DNA of 64,000 nucleotides from Marsupella aquatica (Eukaryota > Plantae > Marchantiophyta). The position numbers and the translations under genes are program-made. The notes below the pieces were generated by a model. The model was not told the origin of the DNA. It saw only the letters and a list, made by a program, of their open reading frames with translations, and searched no databases. The stretch covers positions 14,442,225-14,506,224 of the forward strand of contig OZ316895.1 in the NCBI GenBank assembly GCA_973895155.1, given 5' to 3'. Below are positions 13,213-23,806 of this stretch, one piece after another (positions within the stretch are counted from its first letter, which is position 1; the number at the start of each line of letters is the position of its first letter).

Positions 13213-13488
13213 AGAACTCTGAAGTGGAGTTCCAACACATTTTTCTGGACCAGTATTCATTTCGAAGTGCGTCCTGGAATTGTATTTCTCGTTCAGGATC
13301 GTAATGGAGCAACTAACTTAAACGGGTTGCCGTTGTTCATTGAGAACTTGAAGTGGAGTTCCAAGACAGTTTTCTGGACCAGTAATTCATGTTGAAGTTC
13401 GTCCTTGAGTTGTCATTCTCGGTCAGGATTTTATGCATAATGGAGCAACTAAACTCCAACGAGTTGCAGTTCTTCATCGAGAACTTGA
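13213..13488. repeat. ~135-bp imperfect tandem duplication
   Basis: GAAGTGGAGTTCCAA...TTTTCTGGACCAGTA...TAATGGAGCAACTAA...GAGAACTTGA occurs twice. Confidence 0.85.
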
Positions 13489-13713
13489 GATGTGAAGGGG
13501 CCAGAATCAAGGCTCCCCTTTCTCCTTGATCCTTACCCTATTCCTTCTCCCATTGTGTTGGTCCCTCCCCGTTTCCTTTTTGCTTCCAAGTCTTTCTTTG
13601 GCACAACAAATGTCTACTTTTGTGAAAAGACGACCACCACCACCGAAACAAAAATCATGACTGCCAATCATAGTTTGTGGGTGTGAAAGTCTTGTCATTC
13701 TGGTTGGGTTGTC

Positions 13714-13851
13714 ATTATTATTTTGATCATGATTGTTGATGACCAAAAAATGATTAAACTAAATAAACAAAAAGAGTTGGATTGTTATTATTATTTTGAT
13801 CGTTATTGTTGATGACCACAAAGTGATTACACTAAATAAACAAAAAGAGTC
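13714..13851. repeat. ~70-bp tandem duplication
   Basis: ATTATTATTTTGATC...TTGTTGATGACCA...CTAAATAAACAAAAAGAGT occurs twice. Confidence 0.85.
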
Positions 13852-14214
13852 TGTTAGTTCCAGGCAAACCTTCATCATTCATTAGTTTTTACTCAATCAC
13901 CACTCCTGATTTTCTCCGCAGCCTCCCACACCAATGTGCGTGAAGAGCTCTTTAGTTAGAGAGTTGGTTTATACAAATATTCCTTTAGACAGATAGACCA
14001 ATTCGAAAAGGGCATGAAAATTTTCATGCAACTTTGGCAAAAGATGTATCTTCTTAACAAAGCAGGAATGGTGCTGTTTTAGAAAAAAATTGCACTGAAG
14101 GAAAATCGAGCATGAAAAGTTTAGAAACAAGTAATTTTAATCTTTTCAGAAAGTTCATGTCCTTTGCGAACTGGACATAATATGCACATGAAAATTTACA
14201 TAGTATGCACATGA

Positions 14215-14390
14215 AAATTTAGGAAAATCAGAAATCAGTCTTGTACCCTGTTAACGAAAGGTAGCAAATTCATGCACCACCCAAAGTTTACTAATCTATG
14301 AAATGTAAACCTATTCATAACATGGTGGTACAACATGAGTTTCCCACCTTTCTTTAACAGGGTACAATGATCTCTAATTTTCTTAAATTT
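14215..14390. mobile_element. Fold-back / MITE-like inverted repeat
   Basis: Left arm AAATTTAGGAAAATCAGAAATCA..TTGTACCCTGTTAACGAAAGGTAGCAAATTCATG pairs with right arm CATGAGTTTCCCACCTTTCTTTAACAGGGTACAATGATCTCTAATTTTCTTAAATTT. No TSD identified. Confidence 0.6.
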
Positions 14391-14801
14391 GTATAGGTTT
14401 GTAGAGTGAAGTCAATAGACCCTGACTCTAGAGCCTACCAAAATTTATGTGAATGAAAGTAAAAATTGGATATTATGTTCATCCTTTTTATTCATATTCA
14501 AATAATATGCATTTTTCAATTATTTGAATATGAATCAAAGTGCTTTGAATATGACCAAACGATATAAATAAAACTTCGACTGATGGTTAGGTGTGACCTA
14601 AGTTCTAAGTTTACGGCTAAATCACAATTTCCCCTATATAAGGGGAAGTATCCAAGACCTCCCTCTTTTTTCACATTTCAATCATTGTTCTCCTCTAGCA
14701 TGCCAGTTTGCTCCACAATTTCAAAAAAAATCTCATTTTAATGGTAACTAAGGATAACGTCATTACCCGTAGCTTTTGAAGGACACTTGTGGTTTAACGA
14801 G

Positions 14802-14809
14802 AAACCCTA
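14802..14809 (+). promoter_or_regulatory. Telo-box AAACCCTA upstream of RPL24
   Basis: Exact motif 160 bp upstream of a ribosomal protein ATG. Confidence 0.7.
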
Positions 14810-14968
14810 GTCAGTTGCTCCCGATTGTCTGGTTTTCCTTTCCACTCTCTGTTTGTTCGTCGTTGTGCCTCTTTTCTCGTTGCTGTCGACTAGACCTCTT
14901 CGACGTACCGGTCGATCGGCCGAGCTGCTGTCGCTGCATGCTCGGAGGAGTTACTGAGAGGTGCCGCC

Positions 14969-15957
14969 ATGGTGCTCAAGTGCGTAATGCTCACCCAATT
15001 CGCTCTACGTTGCGCGTCTAGAGCTCTTCTTTTCTCTGTTCTTGTTCTCTGCAGGTTTTCTGCGTGGTGACCTCTAGTTTTTTGGTTTGGTGTAGATTCG
15101 TTGTCGATGAGTGAGTGGAATGGAAAGGTTGATGCACTTTGAATGGATGTGAGGATGTTGTTGACTCGTGACTGACCTCTGGCAGAACGGAGGTCTGCCG
15201 CTTTAGCGGCTCGAAGATTTATCCCGGGAGGGGAATTAGGTTTATTCGAAGTGACTCGCAGGTTTTCCTGTTCGTCAACTCGAAGTGCAAACATTATTTC
15301 CACAACAGGCTGAAGCCATCCAAGCTCACCTGGACTGCGTTGTATAGAAAGCAACACAAGAAGGTATGCGTGACTCTGCTGGCGTTCTTTCAGTTGCCTG
15401 TATGTCATTATAGCAGAGGCTCGATTCCTCATATTGTACTGTTCGTGAAATAGTTGTTTTGGAGCTTTGCTGTGGTATTCAAAGCTGCTATGTCGTCGTT
15501 ATCTAGGACATTCTCTCGGAAACCGTGAAGAGAAAACGCAGAGCCACGAGCAAGCCCTACTCGAGATCCATTGTCGGTGCTTCGCTGGAAGTCATCCAGA
15601 AGAAGAGAACTGAGAAGACCGAAGTTCGTGCCGCTGCTCGTGAGGCAGCGCTCCGGTAAGTGGCGTCATATCAGTTAGGTCTCGTTTGTGATGTCTAATC
15701 GGAGCACTTCCTACTGAATCAGTAGCCTAAGCAATTGTCTTCTGTCGCTGTACATTTTAGGGTTATAATCGAATACTTTCTCTGATAAGTTATTCTTGTT
15801 TTCTAGGGAGATCAAGGAGAGGATTAAGAAGACCAAGGATGAGAAGACGGCCAGGAAGGCAGAGACTGTGAAAGGTAGTTCAAAGTCTGGCAAGTCTCAG
15901 GTTTCTAGAGCAGCCCCTCCGAAAGCTAAGACTGGCGGAGGCGGTGGCAAGCGGTAA
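14969..15957 (+). CDS. RPL24: 60S ribosomal protein L24 (eL24)
   Basis: Exons 14969-14979, 15186-15363, 15507-15655 and 15807-15957 read [63 protein letters not shown]...[14 protein letters not shown]...GGGGKR-TAA. Confidence 0.97.
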
Positions 15958-16907
15958 TTTCTTTTAGGATAAACTGTACTCCAGGAAGTGAACGGGTTAT
16001 CCGTCGATCTAACGCGGGAGAGATTTTGCACATGGGTGGGGGCTTGTATTTCGAAAGGGCCGAGGTGGAGGTCTTAGGTGAGTTGTGGCCCAAATGTAAA
16101 CATATAGTCGTGAGGAATCACAAGCTGGGGTCATCAATTTTGTGTGTCCTCGTATGTTTTCCTCCAATGTAGGTCCCTGACTTCGTTGAAGTCAACGAGC
16201 GTAAGCTGCTTAAGTATGCAGGCGGTTTCCCTGCGGAGAAAGAGCTTTTTAAACAATTATCAGTGCTATATAGCTAAGTACTGCATTGGTTTCTGTGGTA
16301 ATCCTAAATTCTCACACAGTTGCTATCATTTCAACAACTGCTAGCCACTGTTATCGAGACTGATTCCGTGCTGTTGAACTGAAGCATAGTTCGGCAATCT
16401 TCAGTGTCTCACTGTAGCAAAGCCGAAATCAAACATCTATGTTATGTCTTTCGGAATCTGTTCGAGTGGCTTCCCATAGGCCCCTTCGGATATTATTTTT
16501 AAGCAGGCATTCACATTCCGCAGTTTAAACACCTCTAACACTAAGTCCAGTCTGAATTCTATCTGCTCTCTCATTGATGAGCAGGCAGTATAAAGACAGC
16601 TCAAATTCTGAGAACTCAAACTGTGAAGGACAGGGAATAAAGTTTTTCAGAAGCGAAACGCCAGAAATCGAAACTAACTTTTGTCACAGGAATATTTTCC
16701 CCTTTAAAAAGTAGGTTCATGGCACAATCTCGGTCCTGTCAAATTCTGTCTCATCAATGTAGAGCCATTTCTGGGTCGAATCCCCTAGTGGGCAGGAGTA
16801 GATTACGAAATTATTTCGCGTGTGAGTTTGCTCTCTATTTGGCCATTCGTTCAGCCTTTGGACTAGCCAAAGCTCTCTGGTCACGGACCCCCGGCATCAT
16901 ATACTAG

Positions 16908-18315
16908 TAGGGGTGTCAAATTTCGAGGCCCCCACAATATGATTCGGCTCCAAGAGAGGCTTGTCAATACCGACCGGGTGTTTGACACGGCTCCTGCGAT
17001 GGAGGACTGGACCCTACACGGTGCAGGCTATCATGAGGACTGTCATGGGGGCATGCGGTCAAAGTTGACCCGGCTTTACTCTCATAAGGAACGGCCCTTG
17101 TAGTGTGCGAGGAAACAGAAAAAGCATTCCTTGCATGAGCAAAGTTACCTGGGTTTATGCTCACTTGGAAGGACCCCATGGATAGGTCATTGTAGTGTGC
17201 GAGGAAACACTAAAAACAATTCCTATCATGGGCAGAGTTACCTGGCTTTATGCTCACTACGAAGGGCCCATGGGCGAGAATTTTATGCTCACTGTGGCAT
17301 GCAAAACAGTAAAAACTTTTATTTGCATGAGTATTTTTTGATATTCAATTGCCTTGCCAACAACAACCTGTTTGGTAACATCCATTTTTGGGGCTCCTCT
17401 TTTGGCTAGTGAACTTGCAAGCCATCTGGAGTCTTAAAAAACACTAAAATATAAAAGGCAACAAAAATCAAAACAAATTGAAAACCACTAGTGACTAGCT
17501 AACAATACTCTCCTTGCTATCAATATTCCTGTTTGCTTGCATTACAATACCTCCCTCTGGATGGGGCTGACTTTCAACCCCTCTTGAGTGGTTAGCCCTG
17601 TCCGGTTGATTTTCAACCCCTCTATAAGTCTTCAGCCCTGTCCCGTGCTCCGGTCTGGGCTGTCCTATGTGTTAGGGCCTGTCAATTCATAATAATAAGC
17701 AAAGTTATGGTTGTGGCTTAACCCTCCTGTAAATCTTCAGCCCGTCCTGTATTCCCGTCCTAGCTATTCTGGTCACGGGCAAGCAATTCATTAGGGCAAG
17801 TCAAAGCACTACCATGAGCAAAGTTTAAGGCTACAACCTTTTGGGTGTTTGATCCCTATGGTGTATGTATTTATGTAGCCTGTAAGGTTTTTGTTCTTGT
17901 AAAACTGGGTTGTGTCCGTGGGTGTATCTTACTTATAGCCACTATCCTGAATGCCCAAATGTTCTTTCAATGTTACTCTAGGTAAAGACACAAAAAAAGC
18001 TTTACAAAAGAATCTATGTTATTCCACTTAGTCTTGCCTCACCCTCCTTTTTGATATTCATTCAGTTTTGTCCTTATTAAATTTGTGGTTATCTAGAGTG
18101 ATAGTTTAGAGGTTTCACTCTAGAAGTCTAGACCCTAACTCTAGCTTTTTTTGCCCTTTAGAAATAAGATGTTTTGATGTCCCCTACTGGGATGTGTCAA
18201 AGCACTTCCAAGAGGAAGAGTAATTCATCTGGCAATTCATCCGGGTCATAAAATCATTTTAGGTTCTTGGCCATATCTTACTGTCTTATGGCCCTAAACT
18301 TGAAACACTCCCTAG
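16908..18315. mobile_element. Degenerate dispersed repeat (probable DNA-transposon relic) with internal ~90-bp tandem units
   Basis: Tandem units TGTAGTGTGCGAGGAAACA...AGTTACCTGG..TTATGCTCACT at ~17099 and ~17191. Segment 17320-17555 is homologous to 38530-38760. Ends are uncertain. Confidence 0.5.
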
Positions 18316-18379
18316 TGCTCGACCCTAAACCCAGATGACATGCCGTGTAGTGAATTCATGGTCGGTGTGAGACGAGGAG

Positions 18380-19145
18380 ACCATATATGGCACTTTCTTG
18401 AACAATGTGCGTTATTAGGGAATTGGGCAGGTAGCCACTGTGACAAGATCCCATTTGACATTGTAAGAAGGGTTGGGGGACCATATGGAACCTTCCCTTG
18501 CTAGGGTTAGTCATCTCTCCCCCACCCAGAGTGTTTTAGGCAAGCCAAAGTTTCTGATGACAAGGACCAGGTGAAAAGTAGCAAACAAGCTGTGGGAGAA
18601 ATGTGGCGGCCGAGTTAAAAATCAGGACAGGTGAGTTGCTAGTACAAGGTCTGAGTGTGCAGAAGGAAGGGGGACCTACAATCAGATCCCTTGATTGGAA
18701 ATGAAAGGTGGCAACCAGTCTGCCTAGTAGTAGGATTAGGGTGGTGAGAGGTACTAATATAAAAAAAAGACGAGGGTGGCAAATGAGGTTGGGGGCCTGG
18801 TGGGTGAAGGTGGTGACCAGGAGTTTTTTTTATTGGTGAAAATTTGCCAAATCCTTCCTTAGGAGTACTTGGGAAGTTTTAAAAATATATTTGAAACATT
18901 AGCCACATGCTGGAGTGACAGAATGGGTACTCAAGAGCACTCCAGAGGGTTGATTGTAGAGGTTCACCAAACCCTCCCAAGACACTGTGAGCCTGGCTTG
19001 CAAGTGTCCTCCCACATAAATGTACTTGATGGCCACTTCCTCCTCATATACCTTTGTTTCCGGCTGTGTACCAATTAACCATCTACTGGGGAGTATGAGA
19101 AAGACCGCTTGGGTTGGGGTTCTAGTTTGAGACCTGTTCACACAA
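18380..19145 (-). mobile_element. Possible decayed LINE-like coding fragment
   Basis: Interrupted coding-like composition on the minus strand; no diagnostic motif retained. Confidence 0.25.
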
Positions 19146-19202
19146 CACTCAAAAAAGGTTCCCTGGTGAACATGTACTCACTTTCTGGTCACAACGTTAC
19201 AG

Positions 19203-20395
19203 GCTAGTAACCCAAACCAAACCAATATTACCTTATACGTGCAAAACTAGATGCATCGCGAGGGAGTGTGCACTTAGAGAGAGGCGACTGAGGTTGCACT
19301 AATAACCCAGACCAAACCGTCATTACCCTATACATGCAAAACTAGATGCATTGGTTATTGAGCATAGACGACAATTGCAACAGTAAGCACATGACACATC
19401 CAACGTGCAAGTAGTCGACACAAGAGATACGTGGTTCACCTCCTCGAGGCTACGTCCACGGGAACACACAAGAGAGCTTTATTGAACTCTAAGCCCATCG
19501 GCTATACCAAGTCCCCATAGTGTAAGCTCTCCTCATCTCTCAAGTGGCTCCATAACAATGAGCCTAAGTTACCCTTATCCAAGCAAACACTGCTTGGCAT
19601 ATAGTGTGCATCCTAGTTAACCTAACCACGTCTCCGACTATGGTACGCCTAACTATGGTTACATGTCGTAACCCTAGACCTTGAGTAAATACCTAACATT
19701 GGTGAGGGAGTGTGCGACTTAGAGAGGGGACTTAGGTTGTGCTAGTAACCCAGACCAAACCTTCATTTACCCTATATGTGCAAAACTAGATATGCATTGG
19801 CGAGGGAGTGTGCACTTAGGGACGAGCTTAGAGAGAGGCGACTGAGGTTGCGCTAGTAACGCAGACCAAACCATCATTACCCTATACATGCAAAACTAGA
19901 TGCATTGGCGAGGGAGTGTGTGATTTAGAAAGAAGTGACTGAGGTTGTGCTAGTAACCCAGACCAAACCTTCATTTACCTTATATGTGCAAAACTAGATA
20001 TGCATTGGTGAGGGAGTGTGCACTTAGAGAGAGGCGACTGAGGTTGCGCTAGTAACCCAGACCAAACCATCATTACCCTATATGTGCAAAACTAGATGCA
20101 TTGGCAAGGGAGTGTGCGATTTAGAGAGAGGCGACTGAGGTTGTGCTAGTAACCCAGACCAAACCTTCATTTACCCTATACGTGCAAAACTAGATATGCA
20201 TCGGCAAGGGAGTGTGCACTTAGAGAGAGATAACTGAGGTTGCACTACTAACCCAGACCAAACCGTCATTACCCTATAGATGCAAAACTAGATGCATCAG
20301 CGAGGAAATGTGTACTTCGAGAGAGGCGAGGAAATGTGTACTTAGAGAGAGGCGAGGGAATGTGCACTTCGAGAGAGGCGACTGAGGTTGCGCTG
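19203..20395. repeat. ~97-bp tandem array (8 units) with alternating A/B dimer structure
   Basis: Unit CTAGTAACCCAGACCAAACC...TACCCTATA.TGCAAAACTAGA...GGGAGTGTGC..TTAGAGAGAGGCGACTGAGGTTG starts near 19204, 19300, 19742, 19853, 19950, 20049, 20146 and 20245. Confidence 0.93.
19356..19698 (-). mobile_element. Solo LTR (343 bp) related to the copia LTRs at 40360/46821
   Basis: T(A)TTGAGCATAGACGACA...CCTAACA, flanked by a 5-bp TSD TTGGT (19351-55 and 19699-703); interrupts array unit 2. Confidence 0.92.
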
Positions 20396-21468
20396 AACAG
20401 TAACAGTCTTATGACGGTGGTATATGCGCATCCCCACGAAACGGGAGTGAGCGATCCTCCTCCCTCTTTGGGTTTGGGTAGCAAGCAGACTAGACTACCA
20501 TAGCCTAGCATAGCAAAGCAAAGCAAAGCAAAACAGAGCTCTTCGGCTCCCCCCTGTCCCTTGTTAGCGCCGAGGAGCTCGGCCCAAACGGAAAAGAGCA
20601 TCGGGTGATCGATCGATCGATAGACTGATCGATCCATGAATTGACCCACCACCACCCGCCCGCGCTCGTGCGCGTTTTCGAGTGCGATCGGAGTGGATCT
20701 GGTCGGGCGAACGAGGGATTTCAATGAACGCGTAGATCTATCGTCTTTCCCCAAGGCGCTGAAGAAGAAGGAGGCGGAGGAGGAGTCTCGTCTCTCGACG
20801 AGCAATTCGGGTGCCTACCTGACTGACTGGAGACGAAGTTCGACATTATTGCTTGCTGCCGGGGCGTTTCTACAGTGTCTGTGTCTGTGAGGGTGTGGGT
20901 GTGAGAGGAAGACAGACGGATCGGGCAGAGGTTTCGAGGAACTGTTGCATTATTATTAGTGGCTTGGGTCGTTTCTGTGGGCCGGATGACTCGAGTGCTG
21001 CTCTAACACGGCATGAGCGGCAGCAGTGGGAGGAAGAAGAGAAGGAGAGGCGCCCTCTTGATCTGCCTCTCTGCTCCTTTCCCTAATAATAATACAGCCT
21101 CGTGCGTCCCTGGTCTTGTCGCGTCCGTCAGTTCGGTGTCGCATCCCTACCTTCGTGTCTCGCTACCACCTTTATAACGATAAACGAACAACGATTGTCC
21201 GTTTATGCTCTTTTCAGTCCTCCCATCCCCACTGACTGAGTTGTTTGTTTCTCTCATTCGCTCGTCTCCTCTCTGTCCGTTCCCCGCGAGACAGTACTAC
21301 TGTTAGGAACTGTTCCAGTCAATCTTGGTTGGTTTTCTGGTCGTCCTCGTTGCACATTGCCCTCATTTGGTGATTTGAGAGAGGTGCTACCTGGAGTCGA
21401 GGCTGTCTGATCGAGATTTGACGCCGTTCGGAGGCCCGTGCCACCCCGCGGCGGACGGCTCGGTTTTG

Positions 21469-23806
21469 ATGGCGTCGTCGGTCGCGGCCCAGAGGCTGCG
21501 CGCTCTGCAGTCGAAGCCGGAGAACAAAACCTGCGTGGATTGTTCGCAGAAGAATCCGCAATGGGCGTCCGTGTCCTATGGAATCTTCATGTGTTTGGAG
21601 TGCTCGGGAAAGCATCGAGGGCTCGGTGTGCACATTAGCTTCGTGAGATCCGTGACGATGGACTCTTGGTCGGAGATACAGCTTAGGAAGATGGAAGCTG
21701 GAGGAAACGGTGCCCTAAACAGTTTTCTGAACGAGTACGGTATCAGTAAAGAGACAGACATCACTGTGAAGTACAACACTAATGCAGCGTCGATCTATCG
21801 CGAGAAGATCCAGGCTTTGGCGGAGGGTCGGACCTGGAGAGCCCCTCCGGTTGTGAAGGAGGAGCTCGGTAGTCGATCCTCTATGTCTCAGGGAGGAAAC
21901 CCTGGTCGCCGAAATTCTGGTGGATTTGGGAGCGGCGATTACTCCTCCGCCAGGGGAGGATCAGATGGTAACAAATCGACAAGGGGTTGGGACGATTGGG
22001 GAGACGAGGTTGACAGTAGCAGCAGCAATGTGAGGAGGAATCAATCGGCCGGTAATCTTAGAAGTAGCGGTGGTGGTGGTGGGAGTGGGCCACAGAGAAC
22101 GCACTCATCAGGGGAGATGTACAGCAAGTCCGACTTGGAGGCCTCTGCAGCGCAAAAGGATGGTTTTTTCGCTAGGAAGCAGGCGGAGAATGCATCCCGG
22201 CCTGAAGGGCTTCCACCTTCCCAGGGAGGCAAGTACGTGGGATTCGGATCGGCTGGCAGCAATCCTCCTCCACCTAACCGCGGAGCTCCTGTTGGAGGAG
22301 ACATGCTCAAGGATACCGTGTCTGTGGTCACTCAGGTGCGTTGTTGCAACTGTCAGGAAATTTTCATTCCCTAAATGTACTAGTGGTTTCTGAGCTCGAG
22401 TCTCGGCTTTGTTTTCCTGATTTGTGGATGTGTTACGTGCATCTTATTGGTGAGTCCCTCTTCAGTAATCTTGTTTTAGCCATTTTTCCATTGTGGTTTC
22501 TCTTTTGGGGAATTTGATTGCGACTTCTCTTGATTTGCTATCTATTCGATGTATTAGCATATGTATGTCCAACTACGATCTCGGAACAGGGGTTGGATTT
22601 AGTGCAGTGGTATTTCGCTTACTGATAACCAACGATGAGGCCGTACATCAAAGAACGAACCTCATGTTTCGCTCAAAATATAATTGACGATAGGTCTGTT
22701 GACTGTGAATGCAAGTTCACCACTGCTCGCTCTGCCATTTTGTATGCTTGGGTCCTTGTCATGGAAGATAATTCAATTTGATGTACTGGAGTTGCCCGAT
22801 TCTCCTGTATCAGATTGGGCTGTCTGAATCGCTAAGCATGTATTCCGAACTGTTTAATCCTGATTGTTATTATTGTTTGGTTGTTTGTGTGCCATTGGTT
22901 TTCAGGGATTTAGTCGGTTTTCCGTGGTTGCTGCATCAGCTGCCCAAAGTGCGGCTTCAGTAGTTCAAGCCGGCACTAAGGACATCACCGCCAAGGTAAA
23001 TTGTGATCCTTCTGTGAAGAATCATTCCCTTTGTGTTTTCTATGAGCTGCCGTTGATGATGCACTAGTGACAATGTCGACGTGGGCCAAGACAAGCTGCA
23101 TCTGGTCCACTAGAGGAATCGTCATAGCAGTAGCGTCTAGTCTATTATTCTGAGAGCCGGGGATATGACGATGTCTACGGCATGGGTTTTCTTTAATGTT
23201 TGGCAGGTCAGGGAAGGTGGATATGACCAGAAAGTAAACGAAACAGTTACAGTTGTAGGTGCTCGAGCCTCTGAACTGGGTCAGAAGACTTGGGGAATAA
23301 TGAGGGGAGTGATGGCCATGGCTTCTCAGACAGTTGAGCAGTACACCAAGGAGCCAGGTCAAGCTTCGTACGACAACAGTCACGGCGATACCCTCAGTGG
23401 TGGTCATGATGACGGACCTTACTCGCAGATGAATTCGGGAGGAAGTACATGGCACAACAGCCGGGACAATGACAAGACTCAGACTAGTAAGGGCAGAGAT
23501 TCTTGGGATGACTGGGACGATGATCAAAAACGTGGGCAGAGCAAGGGTTACAATGGTGGGAATAGTAGCCATAATAATGTTTCACCTCAACAGAGCAGGA
23601 GCCAAGGCAGTGCCACTACGAAGGCTACACAGTCTAGCAAGGCTGCAACAGGAGGAGACTCGTGGACTGGTTGGGATGATCACGATGCAAACGAAGACGT
23701 TGATACTTTCTTTAGTGTGGACCACAAGACTGAACAAAAGAAATCTGATGGATGGGATGATTGGAATGATGGCGGTGTTCAGTGGACCGAGGGGGGTTTC
23801 AAGTAG
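21469..23806 (+). CDS. ADP-ribosylation factor GTPase-activating protein (ArfGAP1 / AGD6-AGD7 type)
   Basis: Exons 21469-22335, 22906-22995 and 23207-23806. ArfGAP Zn finger CVDC...[40 protein letters not shown] motif, C-terminal WDDW motifs, ends WTEGGFK-TAG. Confidence 0.96.

Noticed and set aside
14890-15432. 180-aa minus-strand ORF
   Set aside because: Antisense shadow of RPL24 exons and introns.
16908-18312. hAT element defined by TAGGGGTG...CACTCCCTA ends
   Set aside because: The TIR match is short and imperfect and there is no 8-bp TSD; kept only as an unclassified repeat.
19203-20395. CRISPR-like array
   Set aside because: Whole units are repeated with no unique spacers; no cas genes; eukaryotic context.
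22985-23572. 195-aa minus-strand ORF
   Set aside because: Antisense to ArfGAP exon 3.
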